DNA of 64,000 nucleotides from the human T2T-CHM13v2.0 reference genome, Homo sapiens. The translations under genes were made by a program, and so were the position numbers. The notes beneath the pieces are model-generated. The model was given only the letters and a program-made list of their open reading frames with translations, had not been told where the DNA came from and searched no databases. Location of the stretch: assembly GCF_009914755.1 (NCBI RefSeq), contig NC_060944.1; one strand, given 5' to 3'. Below, in pieces: positions 28,804-41,169 of the stretch (positions are counted from its first letter, which is position 1; each line of letters starts with the position of its first letter).

Positions 28804-29374
28804 CCCTGAGATGTCATGACCAGCATCTCTGAGATGTCATGACCGTATTGTCAGGTAGGCAGTCTGGCCACAGTGTGACAAAGGGACTGGAGGGCCTGAT
28901 ACTTCAGAGAGAGCAATCGGGACATTCATGGAAGGAGGGGCAGGTAAGGACATAAACCAGGTGAGGACCAGGGACACTCAGGATTGAGCACCTTGGCTGG
29001 GGGATGTCATACTGGGGAGTAAAGCCCAGGGATGGGCCTCTGGGAGGTGCTGGCCCATGCAACTGGAGGCCAGCAGCAAGCTGCCACAGTGTTCATACAC
29101 CCAAGGGTATACATCAGGCCTGGGATCCAGGTTGGGAATATGATAATGAGATTGTGAAGGTCTTTGATGGTAATTTAGCTGTGAATCTTGGAATATCTAA
29201 AGCTTGTCTTTGATAAGCCATCCCTTCCCTGGGATCTCTAAGAATATATTATGTGGCCGGGAAACACAGCAAGCCAAAAACACCTCCTGGCTCAAAGGTC
29301 CTAAAACTCAAAGGTGCCATAGGGCCTCCTCTGCTTCCTTTTCCTAATGCTGCATTTCATCTTCTGATGAAAAA

Positions 29375-30620
29375 TGAATTTAATTTAAAGCAAAGCAAAT
29401 TTAATAAAAATCCAGACAGGTATTTTTTTTTTATTTGTTTTGGTGGAACTTGATAAAATTGGTCCTAAAATATTCATGCAAAAATTAAGGCTCAGGGATA
29501 GCTAAGATACTTGTGAAGAAGGAGCAAAGGAGTCTTGTTCTTTCATACAGCAAGATTTATTTCAAAGATATGATAATTGAAGCAGTGTAAATTTGGTCCA
29601 CAGATAGACAAGTAAATCACAGCAACAAACTAGGCAGTGTAGGAAAAGCTCTTAAACACACATGGAAACTTATAAAAGATGGCAGTGGCTTGAACATAGG
29701 TGATGAGAGGGATAGTTCTAGTCAATAAATGTTGTGGGAAGAACGGTGATCCTCAAAGAAAAAAAGAACATCTGATCCCTGCTTTAGACCATATGTAAGC
29801 ATCAAATCTAGAAGGAATAAGCAGTAAAATAATAGAACTTTTAGAAGGAAATTAGGATAACATATTTATGACCTTGGGGTAGATAGGTTTTTTTAAACCA
29901 TAAACAAAAAGCAAAAATTATAAGGGATAAGATGGATAAATTTGGCTAATGAGATAGTCTCTCATATAACAACACCCATCTGTACAAATAACTGCCAAAA
30001 GGTTACTATCTGGAATATATAAAGCACTACTATAAATCAATAATATAAAGACAAACATTTCACCAGAAAAAGTGAACTAAAGATTCATACAAACAAGGGA
30101 AAAACCGAATATGGAAACCAAATAGCCAAGCTGTATATAGGAAAAAGTGTTCAACCATATTAATAAGTCATAGATACACAAGTTAAAATACAACAGCATT
30201 CCCCACCCATTTTGTGATGCTGATTTTTGCTGAATAGGTGGAGAAAGGCATACTCTCACATACTGCTGGAGTGACTGTAAGTTGGTGTGATTCACTTGAA
30301 GATCAATGTAGCAACAACAAATGAAATTGAAGATGTACACACTTTATGACCTAGCACTTCAATTGCTGGGTATTTACCCTCAATAATCTCTCCTACATGT
30401 GCACAAACACACTCATGGCAGTGCTACTTGCGCATAAGGGAAATTGGACACACATTCCATGACAACCAGTGAGGGGTAAACACATAAACGGTGGTATAGT
30501 TACATAACAAAATACTATATAGAAAAATAAGTTATTGAATTTAGTTTGAATAAACTGAATGGACCAAATCTACACATATCAGCATGGATAATTCTCAAAA
30601 CATGATAGCTTGAAACCTTT
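29375..30620 (+). mobile_element. Ancient L1ME ORF2 3' part and 3' UTR
   Basis: 'ggaacttgataaaattggtcctaaaat', 'tttatgaccttggggtag', 'ttatgacctagcacttcaattgctgggtatttaccct'. Confidence 0.75.
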
Positions 30621-30774
30621 TTTTGAGAATACTTCAATAGTGTCTGAGACTTTTTATTCCCCTACATCAGATAATCCTGTTAAGTTATTGTAATTAAATC
30701 GATGGTGGTTGCACAATTTATAGGTCCTTCAGATCGTAATTTTAATAATGTTATTTTTAACATTATTAAAGAAT

Positions 30775-31030
30775 AATAATAATAAGTGACATTCATTAAG
30801 AATTGGCCAATAGATAGTATGTTAAATGTATTTCAGGCATTACCTAATTTAATCCTATAATAATCCCTTGGTTATTATAATATAATTATAGATGCGATTA
30901 TTATTCCCAATTTACAGATGAGAAAAATGAATTAGGAAAATGGTATTAAATAACTTGTTCAAGGTCATATAAAAAATAAGTGATAGAGGAACAAATATTC
31001 AAGGTCAAGATAGGGGCGTAATATAAAATC
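30775..31030 (-). mobile_element. MIR
   Basis: 'ttattattcccaatttacagatgagaaaaatga...taaataacttgttcaaggtcata'. Confidence 0.75.
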
Positions 31031-32169
31031 TAATACAAGGCTTCTGATATTAAGTCCATTGGACAATGTGTTCACCAGAGTATTATTTTAATGAGATTTT
31101 TCTGATAATAAAAAATAATTTGGAAGTCACAGATAAGCACAAAAAAATGTAAAGAAACCATAACTCTACCACTTGGACAATACATTTTAATATTTATGTG
31201 TTTGCTTTTAATTTTTTAATTTTAGCACTATGTGCAAGTAGTGGTAGGGAAAATTTCTACCCCAAGAAATAACTTAATTATTGACCTATTCTGATCTATT
31301 TCTGGAGTTTTTGGAAAAGTTTGAACTCTTCATATGCTGGTCTTGGGAGAATATGAAGGCATGATGGTAAACAGACCTTCACTGAAGTTCTAGCCATCTC
31401 CCCGGAAGAAGCCACATTGCTGCTGTCTTCCCAAGTTATTAAAAGTATGGCTGTTAAACCCAATGGGTTCCCAATGAACTCCATCTTATACTTCTCTTAG
31501 ATAGGGGGAGGCTTTTAATACCTTTCTCATCCTCCCCCTACCATCCTCATACCAACCTAGGGGAGTGAAGTTACCCATCAGGGCATAAGTCTCGGTGTGT
31601 CCCATACAGCACATAAATACAGGACATCTGCTCAGAGATGGGGTCACTGCATGATAAAATTCCATGCATGCACCTATGATTCTTTCATTTCTTCTTCTAC
31701 ATGGTCATATTGTTAGGTGTATTCACCCGCCTTGTCTAGAAAACACTTCCAGGCATTATCTAGTGGCAAATGATGCCCTGCAAGGGGACATTTCCACCAA
31801 CTGGGTCTGTTCACAAATGTGCCACAAATTCCACCTACAACTCCAAAATAGGAGTCCAAAAATAGTTGAAACATTGGCAGCCTCACTGAGAAGGAGAGTG
31901 GCTTCCCGCAGGGGCCGCTTCTGAGAAGACAACTTCATTTTGACAGATTTGTGCTGGTGTGTCTGTTAACAACATAGTCTTCTCACTTTTCAAGCTTCTC
32001 CAGGATTTCCCAGGGCTTGGAGAGATGTTTGCACAAACTAGCTTCCCGAGATAAATCCCAAGTCACGTAGCCAGGGCTTGGCATCAAATTGAAAGACAGT
32101 GCAAAGGAAATTAATTAAAATCTGGCTGGAGGGATCCAACAGAAGCAGACATTTCAAGTGGAATCAATA

Positions 32170-32290
32170 CAAATGTAAGCGCCACAAAGGCTGTGACTTT
32201 TTGCCTATTTTATTCACGGCTAAATCTCCAAAGCTAGAAACATTCCTGGCACATAGAATGTGATTAATAAATATTTGAATGAATGAGCTA
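32170..32290 (+). mobile_element. L2 3' end
   Basis: 'ctagaaacattcctggcacatagaatgtgattaataaatatttgaatgaatgag'. Confidence 0.75.
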
Positions 32291-32291
32291 G

Positions 32292-32650
32292 ATTCAGTTC
32301 ATTCTGCATTTGTTGAACTGCTACTGTGTGAGGATTTGGGAGCTGGATTTACAAAGGTCCCAGACTGGTGGAGGAAAGAAATTTAAAACAAAAAACAACA
32401 ACAAATAACTATATAGGATATGTTAAATACTGTGATAAAATGTGTAAAGTCTCTGGGGGAAACGTGACCAAGATATAATTAATTGTACTGGCAAAGGATG
32501 GAGTAGCTGCAGAATGAAGGTAACATTCTAGGACTTGGTAGTGTTAGCAGGTAGTAGGAGCAAAAGGGCTTTCCAGGTGGAAAGAGGATCACAGACAAAA
32601 ATATGGAGGTGTGAAAATGAGTGGTGTATTTAGGGATCACCTCATGGAGT
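32292..32650 (-). mobile_element. L2 3' end, tail-to-tail with the previous element
   Basis: 'ttcattctgcatttgttgaactgctactgtgtg...ttccaggtggaaagaggatcacagacaaaaatatggaggtgtgaaa'. Confidence 0.65.
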
Positions 32651-32729
32651 TAAAAAAGCAGCTACCAAGAGCAAGGGCAAGGGGGGCCCTCCCTCAACAG
32701 CATGCAGAGACACCGTTTGTTTTGTTTTG

Positions 32730-32970
32730 TTTTGTTTTTAAGAGCATCTACCAACTTCCAGGCACTGTGCATGTTTAGTAGTAGAGACACAAAGCAAACA
32801 GCATAGATGTGCCCTTGGCCACAAACTATTTACAATCTGATAATCTGCAGTGAGACATGCATGGCCAAGGCTGCTATCTTATTCTTCTTTGTATTTCTGA
32901 GGTTTCAAATGGATTTGGCACAAAGCAAATACTCAGTAAATGTTGGATGAACAAATGAACAATTCAGAGC
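32730..32970. mobile_element. Two short L2 3' fragments (minus then plus)
   Basis: 'gagcatctaccaacttccaggcactgtgc' and 'tggcacaaagcaaatactcagtaaatgttggatgaacaaatgaa'. Confidence 0.55.
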
Positions 32971-33054
32971 AGTTTGCTAAATTGGAATGACAAATAAAAA
33001 TGAGAGGCAGGCTTAGGCTATACTTTAATGCAAAGCAAAAAAGCAGAGAAAGAA

Positions 33055-33510
33055 AGAGAAGTAGCATGAGTTTGAAGTTAACTAGCTCAGGTTCAAATTC
33101 TGGTCCTACTAAGTGTAGATGACCTATAAGAAAATACTTGAAATCTGTGAGCCTCAGTTTCCTCATCTGTACCTGGATCATCAAGGCCAGAACAGCCAGA
33201 CACATAGGCAAAGCTCTACCTAATCTGTTATTAGGGGCACACACTCTGCAGAGAGGTTTTAGCACTCTGAGGCACTCAGTGCTTAAGAACATCTTTGGAG
33301 ATAGACAAACTCAGTTTGAAGTAAAGCTCAACCACTGTCAGACTGCACAACATCAGGAAAGCTATTTAAGTTCCTTGCAGCTCAGTCTTCTCATCTGTGA
33401 AATGGGAATAATAATAGTATCTACCTCACAGGGCTTTGAGGAGGATTAGAAAATATAAAGTTGGTGCCTAGTACAAACCAAACTTTCTAACTAAATGGAG
33501 CTTAAATTAC
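33055..33510 (+). mobile_element. Two tandem MIR fragments
   Basis: 'ggttcaaattctgg...gagcctcagtttcctcatctgta' and 'ctcagtcttctcatctgtgaaatgggaataataatagtatctacctcacagggc'. Confidence 0.8.
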
Positions 33511-33515
33511 AGTTG

Positions 33516-33637
33516 ATTCTAGGTGGGCTTGATATTTGATATTTTGACCACTAAATGGTAATACCCCTACAACAAAATTCTAGGTGGGCTTGATATTTGA
33601 TATTTTGACCACTAAATGGTAATACCCCTACAACAAA
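33516..33637. repeat. Perfect 2 x 61-bp tandem duplication
   Basis: 33516-33576 is identical to 33577-33637. Confidence 0.97.
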
Positions 33638-33654
33638 GTAAGCTACACAAACAT

Positions 33655-34128
33655 TGTGTTTTGTATTGTTATGTATCAAGCTATAGCAACTTAGCATCTT
33701 AGAACAATAGACAAATATTATCTTACAGTTCTGTGAGTCCAGAGTCTGGGCTGAGTTCAGCTGGGTCCAGGTTGCAATCAAGGTCAGTCAGGGCTGAGAT
33801 TTCATCTGAGGCTGGACTGGAGAAGAATCCATTTATGTAGTTGTTGGCAGAATTCGGTTTCTTGCTGGCTGTTGGCCAACAGCTGCCCTTAGTTTCTCAG
33901 CTTCTGGCTTTCTCCATAGGGCAGCTCACATGGATGAGAATCTCTAAGCAAGATGGGCCTGACAATCCTATGTATCAAGTCATGAGAGTGACATCCCACT
34001 AACCTTGCAGTATTCTGTGGGTTAAAAGCAAGTCACAGGTCCCGTCCACACCAAGGGGAAGGGATGGCACAGGGCGTGAATGCCAGGAGGTGAGGTTCAT
34101 TAGGAGTCACCTTAGTCTGCCCACAACA
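33655..34128 (-). mobile_element. MLT1F-like MaLR LTR
   Basis: 'ttatcttacagttctgtgagtc...tgtagttgttggcagaattcggtttcttgc...aaagcaagtcacaggtcc...agggcgtgaatgccaggagg'. Confidence 0.85.
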
Positions 34129-34263
34129 AGTGCAGAGTGTCTTTCTCTCTTGTTCCTCACTGGATTATCAGCCCCTAGAACAGTGCCTGCCGCATGGCGT
34201 GTCCTCAGTAAGTAAATGTATTGGATAAAAGAATGGGAAGATCATAAATGTGGTTTCTATAGT

Positions 34264-34264
<1 letters not shown>

Positions 34265-34308
<44 letters not shown>
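34265..34308. repeat. (GT)22 microsatellite
   Basis: Pure run. Confidence 0.97.
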
Positions 34309-34311
<3 letters not shown>

Positions 34312-34959
34312 GGGAAAAAGAAAGGAGTGGATGACTGCTACATTCTGAATTAAGCTGAGAGCAGAGGTGATGAAGAAAATGTCCAGGCAACTAAGGAGTG
34401 GTGTTGAAGTTGCCCACTCCTACCTTTGGCTGATATGAGTAGCCACACTGAACAGACTGAGACAGAGCCAAATTGCAACTCCTACCTTTCCCTGGGACCT
34501 CTGGGGTGTTCAGTAGCATACACCAAAAGGAAAATAAGATCCTCATTGTGGACAAGTGCTCACAACCTTTACCATGATCAACTGTCACTCTCCTTCCTTG
34601 GGGTATGATCAGCAGCTAATGCTACCCTACAGCACATCATTCGACCTTCTCCTGATACACAAGGCAAATACTTTCATTAACAAAATTAAAAAAGAGTAAA
34701 TGAAAATATCTCAAACTAAAGGAAGAGAAAAAATATAATAAAAATAAAAGGAAGTCACCTGAATTAGGTTTTCAGACCCTCAAAGGAAACCTTTGTTGTG
34801 AGGAAAGACTCAGCCTCTAGGACTGGATCTCGGGCAGGTCAGGGGGAAGATGGAGCTCGGAGCCAGAATCCCTGTGGGTTTGGTTGTGGGCTCCTGGGCT
34901 CCTGCTCCATACTCATGTTAACTGTGTCTGAGGACAGAGTGGGTTGCCATATAAGCTGG

Positions 34960-35600
34960 TAGGAGGCCTGTAAAGAGAGGCAGCATTTAAGTTTATGGAC
35001 AAATAAACTTTATCATGAAATGGACATGTGCCTGAAGGTGGCAAAAGCTCTGCTTTTCTTCCTGTTGGCTGGGATTTGAGGGAAGGGCTTTGCGGATGAA
35101 TGGATTTAGGAGGCAGCCAGATCCACATAGCCCCGAAGAGGTGCAGATACTGCCCAAACTGCACCTCTCTGCGCTCTGAGTGCACCCAAAGCCCAGACAA
35201 TGGCAGGCAGGGCCGACCAGCTCCTTACACCACACACATGTTTCAAAGGACCTTGGGAGCAGGTTTTCATGGGAGGGGCAACAGCAATGCTTGGATGGAA
35301 GAAGCCGATTGAAATCAATGAGAATTGATTTAGAGTGTGGGGGCCACCGTGTTAAAATCTCCTCCCTCTTGATAGCGCTTCATGAATATTAACAAGGTTA
35401 AGATCAATAATGAGCTGATTTTCAGATGCAAACCTGACTTCATCTGCAGATTAAAGGAACGGAATGATGGTGTTTCTTCTTGCACTGCTCCCACCCATAT
35501 CTTAGTGGATCTAAGACCCCAAAACCCAAATGAAACCTGCAAGGTGCAGGTCACTTCATGCATTGTCACATAAAAGTTTGTTGTACATCTGTTCTCTCTG
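34960..35600. promoter_or_regulatory. Candidate enhancer or conserved non-coding element
   Basis: Repeat-free; palindromic aaatcaat-gaga-attgattt at 35312-35331 plus a third ATCAAT near 35403; several CpGs. Inference only. Confidence 0.3.
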
Positions 35601-36137
35601 TGCTTAGATTGGAGGATGTTGGATGTTCTGTGTTCAAAGCCTGTATACAAATGCATGTGTGTGTTTACATGCATTCATTCATTTATTCATAAATTTTGTT
35701 TCCATCAGTTTTCTTCAACCCTATTCTTGATCTTTGTCATATCTCAGCTTTTCCCATGGACTCGTAATTGGTTTCCTGGATTTCAGTATTGTTCTTTTTC
35801 AAATCACCCTACAAAACTCTATAAAAATGGTTTATCTGAAGATCTGATTCAAACAAGTCTTTCTTCGGCTGAAAAATCTGTCCAATGTTCCCCATTGCCT
35901 GCAGGATGATGTCCTAACTCCCTAGTAGAGACATGTCAAAACTGGGGTTTAGCCTCAAACTGCATGTACACTCCCACAATGTGTGAAATGTCTGCATTTC
36001 AGCTGGGGCCTAAAGGATGAGAATAGACTAGTTCCAAGAAGACACAGAGGAAGAACATTCTGGACGGACATTACAGAAAATTTAAAGGCCCAAGATAGAA
36101 AAGATCACAGTATTTTAGAGAACAGAAAGGGACCAAG

Positions 36138-36270
36138 GGTATGTGTGTGTGTATGCGTGTGTATGTGCGTGTATGCATGTGTGTATGTGTGTGCATGTGT
36201 GTGTGTATGTATACGTATGCATGCACATGTGTGTATATGTGTTTGTGTGTGTGCACAGGTGTGTGTGGGT
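36138..36270. repeat. Degenerate (TG)n alternating purine-pyrimidine tract
   Basis: About 130 bp of tg/ta/cg/ca alternation. Confidence 0.9.
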
Positions 36271-37279
36271 GGGTGGGAACTGATCATTTAGTTATAAATC
36301 ACCCTTCACCCTTTCCTATTTGGCTGTTGCCTGAACACTCTTCCAGGATAGACTGGGTTAGGAAGGAAGATTCTAGGCATTTCGTGGGAGGTATTAATCA
36401 GTGTAATAATTGTGGTGCATGTTGCATACTGGGATTAGATATTTTTAATAGCATAACTAGGTTCCCTCAGTGTAGAGGGAACCTGGGCAGAAGCTAGGAG
36501 CCCACCTTAGCTCACGGGGAGTGGCAGCAAGAATTCTGAGAGTGACTTTCCTCCCTGGTGTAGACTCTCAGACTTCACTCTTAAACCTGCGCTAAGACTT
36601 GGTTGAGGGTTCACTGACTTCCTCTGTCCTGTTAGAGAGCCTAGGACCAGTGCTCCTCCCCGTATTTTTGAGGAGTCACCTTCTCTGGTGCCTTTGAGTG
36701 AGGTCAGACACTTCTCGGAACACCACTTATCGAGAATTTCCCCTGCCCTGAGTGCAGACAGGGTCATGCCCATTTAGCTGTTTCCATTACCGCCTGGCCC
36801 TTCCTATCTTCCACTGAGATTTATTAGGACCTCAGAGGCATGAGCCATGACCTGGGCCTGATGCTTTAGATACACACAGTACATTTACGCCACTCCAAGT
36901 TCTTTCCCCTCTGCTGTCGTTTTTGGTTCCCTCAAAGTTCAAAAGTGTGGCAGGATGTGTCCTACCAACCCCCTTTTGCAGATGTTGAAACCAAGGCCTA
37001 GGCATCCTAAATGATGCCCCCAGTCCCACCCACTGTGAATGGAAGGTGGAAGTATGCTGGATTCTTCTGCCTAATTAACCCACCTGTTTCCTTTCTTTGT
37101 GCCTCTACATGGTCCCAGAATTGGAAAAGTTTATGGATCATGGAAAATTGGTTTTCATGTAAATCCGTGTTCCATAACTCAGACTGGACCTAACTCTCCC
37201 CTGCAGTTTTACAGTGGGTTGGCCCATACTCCCATTCTTCCCAAGGGCTACTTCAAATCTTTTTTACTTTCCCAAAACC

Positions 37280-38400
37280 ATGCATCCTGCTTCTTGCCCC
37301 TTACTGTCAGCAAATGACCTCAGCTCCCTACTTGCAAATGGAAGCTCCCCTCACCATTCAGTTAGAGAACAAGCCAACAGGTCTGCCGATGCCACCCCTC
37401 CCCTGCCTTCCTGCCTTCCACAGCAGGGCAGCTGCCGCACCTGAGCTTCAGGTCCCAGCCCTTCCCACCCTGAGACCTTTCACCTTTTCATTCCTTGTCT
37501 TTCTTGTAAATTCAATCTCCACCTCTAACCAGAAAATTCTCTATTGAATTCTAAAAATGCTCAAGTCTCTCCTATTAAAAACAAGAAAACAACAACAAAA
37601 GTCCCACCTCATTAGACCTCTTCCTCTCTCAGCTTCTGTCCTACCTCTACCACTTCCATCATAGTCACGTTTCTCTAGAGGGTTGTATATGCTTACTGGC
37701 TCCATTTTTTTTTCACCTCCCATCCACTTCTCAGTTCACACTAATCTGGTTTCTGTTCTCATCACTCACTGAAAAAGTCACGATGACCTTCCAAGTCGCT
37801 AAATCCAATAGACCTTTATCTGTCATTGGCTTCCTTGAACCCTTCATGGCATTCAATTCGAGAGCACGCTCCCTCTCTCTTTCTTGAAATACTCTTCCAC
37901 TGGCTTCTGTGGCAGCACATTCCCTTGGTTTTTCTATCTCTCTGGAAGCTTTCTCTCCGTCTCCTTTTCATGAGTCTCCTGAATACTGCCATTAAATGTC
38001 ATAGTTGCTCAAGGCTCAGCTTGAGACTCTCTCCCTTCTTAGGTGAACTCATCTCATATGACCTTAATTTCCGACTATCAGGAAGATAGAAATATATTTA
38101 TTTGAGGAAAAAAAAGAATGATACATGTTCTCTATATACGAAACTGCCCAGTTGACATTCTCTTTTGAATGTCTTAAGGGCACCAAATACTCAACTTCTA
38201 GAAAAATAATGTCACCATCTTTTGCCTCAGCTTCAAATCTGGTTCCCTTACAGAATCCCCTTCTCACACTGGTTGCCATCCTCCAGCCAGGAGTGCAGGC
38301 CAGAAACCCAGGAAGTCATTTTCAACACCTTTATTCCTTACCCCATCCAATTCATTATCCAGTCCTGTAATATACATTTTAAGTATTTTGCTAACTATAT
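37280..38400 (+). mobile_element. L2 ORF2 3' region
   Basis: 'gatgaccttccaagtcgctaaatccaat...cttgaaatactcttccactggcttctgtggca...aggtgaactcatc...cattatccagtcctgt'. Confidence 0.8.
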
Positions 38401-38929
38401 CCCTTACTACTATTTTGGACCTAGAAAGCATACTGAACTGAAAGAGCAGACCTGGCACAACCAGTGACAATCTATATGATCCTGAGCTAAGCTAGGCACG
38501 TGGTGCAGAGACCAGTGAGGGCTATTGTGAATAGAAGCTCCTGCAGGTGAACAGGGCCAAGCAGGAGATTATGAAATCTCAATAATTTCCAATAATTCTT
38601 TAACCCTAATGATGGACTTAGTTTCCTAATGTAGTTTAAGGGCTTTAAAGCTAAACTGTCCAGTCCAGATTTCTGCAAGTAAAACTCAGAAATGGGTAAC
38701 ACTGGTCCTTATTGGAGGCTATTAAGAGAAGGAAAGCAGCTGCCTTCGACAGAAACATATTGACAGAAGGAGTGGGAGTGTGGACCTGTAAGAGGTTTCC
38801 AGGCATGGTTTACAAAGTCTATCCAAAGGTCTTGTTTCACCTCAAGTTCATCAATGCTTGCAGGGTATCTTTCTGTGGCTGTAAATACTCCTCTGAATCT
38901 TGCTCATTCCTAACCTGGAGTTCTAAATT

Positions 38930-39365
38930 CAAAGCAGTTAACCCTTCAGGAGGATCTGAGATTTACATGCAAGGAGATTTACTGGTGAGTGCTCACAGGA
39001 ATATCAGCACAGAAGACAGCAGCAGGACTGGGCAGATGGAGGAGCTGAACGGTGCTGTCATTGCAAGAGCACTTCAGCCAAACACACAGGGATGCTGTGA
39101 TGAACCCCAGAGACTTCCTGAATTGGAGCAAGGGACCAAGCCTTTGTACCTGCTGCTTTGGCTATTAATGGAGGTTAATAAAGGTTGACTCTGGGGAAGG
39201 GGCTTAGTGTTGAGTTGGGCAGGTTCCTTTAGTCAATGGCAATTTCCACAGAAGGATGAAGGTATGTGAGCAGTCGGGAGCCTCACACCTGGAAGCTGGG
39301 TGAAGGACTGCCTTGGTCCTTGTCCTGAAGAAGGATCTGAGTGCTGCAGCACAGCATCCACTGTA
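38930..39365 (-). mobile_element. LTR16C-like ERVL LTR
   Basis: 'gagatttacatgcaaggagatttactggtgagtgctc...gcagcaggactgggcagatggaggagctgaac...aggatctgagtgctgcagcacagcatccac'. Confidence 0.75.
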
Positions 39366-39654
39366 CTCACTTGGCCAGGTGTATCATGATCTGCTGCTGT
39401 TCCCTACCCTGTCTTTCCTTCTTTCCTTCTCCTCTCTTATGAGGTGATTCATAAGGAGGCTCCAGACCTTGCTTTTGCCTTTTTTTTCCAATTAGAATTG
39501 CTTCCCTTCCCAACCTGTAGCTTCCTCTTCTTCTTCACTCTCTTATCTTACACCCTTAACCAAACTCCAGATCCAACCTGAACACACCTGGCACATCACT
39601 CATGGACTCCCACACTTCTCTCTCACTTTCTTCCTTTCCATGCCCCTCTAACTG

Positions 39655-39883
39655 TCTCTATCTCTCTATCTATCATATCTATCTATCTATCTATCTATCA
39701 TATCTATCATATTTATCTATCATATCTATCAATCGTCTTCTCTATCTATGTATCTATCTATCTCTGTCACATCTATCCATCATCTATCTGTCTATCTGAT
39801 CTATCATATCTATCATCTCTATTATCTCTATCTATCATCCATCTGTCATATCTATCCTATCTATTTATCTATCTATCTATCTG

Positions 39884-39933
<50 letters not shown>

Positions 39934-39966
39934 CATCCATTATCTCTATCTATCTATCTATCATCA

Positions 39967-40010
<44 letters not shown>

Positions 40011-40055
40011 ATCTATCAATCTAGGTATCTATCATCTATCCTCTCTCTCTCTCTC
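39655..40055. repeat. Complex (TCTA/GATA)n tetranucleotide array, ~400 bp
   Basis: Interrupted TCTA/TCA units with pure runs at about 39884-39931 and 39969-40010. Confidence 0.96.
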
Positions 40056-40239
40056 TGTAAATATATCTAACTTCAAGCCTATCTCAGGCCACTTTATTAA
40101 AATATCAGTGTTGTAGCTGAGATCTGAGTGAAGATCCTACTGTCTTCACTCAGCTGTGGTGGTATTCCTAAGAGCAGTCACCAAATAAACCTTGCATGTA
40201 AATGTCATGGTATATGTAATTGTCATTATTCTTTTAAAT

Positions 40240-41050
40240 TTAGTTTAATCACACAGCTGATAGGCTTTCAGTTTAAAACTCTTCAAATGATACACAGCAA
40301 AATTCACCACTTAATATCCCCTCCACTTCTTGCCCCAGAAGTGATTCACTTATCAATTTTTTCATACATAAATATATATAAAAATGCATATAGATGTGTG
40401 GTTTACTTCTGTATTACATTGGACATATGCCTTGCTACATTCTTTACTCACTTAACAATATATTGACAATGTATGTTGGGGCTGACTAGTACCAGCTTGT
40501 GAGAGCCGACTGTGTGGATCTCTTCCCGACTCCACTTTCAGTATCATCACATGGGTAGCCTGTGATTGGCCATGGTGGGAGTATTTACACCACAGAAGGC
40601 AGAAGGCAGCAAACCCTGCCAACCAGTGTCTGTCCTGGAGAGCCGGTTGTTAAACATATACTAGTTCACTGCTGATTGTAGAATCGTTTAATGTCCATTT
40701 GTATACATTTATTTTGTCTTAATTCTTGCAAAATTTTTAACATTATGAATAAATACAGTTTAGCCAGTCCCTGAATGAACGGTTTTCAGATTATACCCAC
40801 ATTTTCACTTGCACACACAATGCTTCACTGAATGATATTTTCATTTTTGGACAAGTCTGTATTTTTCTCGTAAAGTTACTTAGCAGTTGTACTCTTGGGT
40901 TGAAGCAAATATGGGTTTTATATTATAATAGACAAGGCTAACCTGTCTTTCAAAATAGCCACTAATTTACACCTTATCGATAGTATGTATCAGTACCATT
41001 GTGATACTTTTGTGATACTGCCAGTCTTTTTAATAATTGCACATAGCCAA
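40240..41050 (-). mobile_element. Ancient L1ME/L1M5 3' fragment
   Basis: 'cttgctacattctttactcacttaacaatatattga', 'ttagccagtccctga', 'ctaatttacacct'. Confidence 0.6.
40467..40674. mobile_element. MER63A hAT MITE
   Basis: 'gagagccgactgtgtggatctcttcccgactcc...ggccatggtgggagtatttacaccacaga...ggagagccggttgttaaacat'. Confidence 0.9.
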
Positions 41051-41169
41051 TCTTCCAACTTGTAGATTCCTTAGGCAGATAAAGGGAAAACTGCTATTGT
41101 ACTGAAGTATTGCTATTAGTAAAAATATCATGATAATGGCGATAACAAAGATGATAATGGTAAAATAGT

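Noticed and set aside
28806-28844. 16-bp direct repeat ctgagatgtcatgacc with a 7-bp spacer (CRISPR-like look)
   Set aside because: Only two copies in primate DNA; an ordinary slippage duplication
31898-31920. CTCF-like cccgcaggggccgc
   Set aside because: Mismatch at a core G of the consensus; not supportable without ChIP data
38461-38705. Possible ancient hAT element with ccagtg...cactgg ends
   Set aside because: Only a 6-bp terminal match, no TSD, and no family recognised
38712-39188. 158-aa ORF, the longest non-L1 ORF
   Set aside because: Non-ATG start, half lies in an antisense LTR16, no recognisable domain or splice structure
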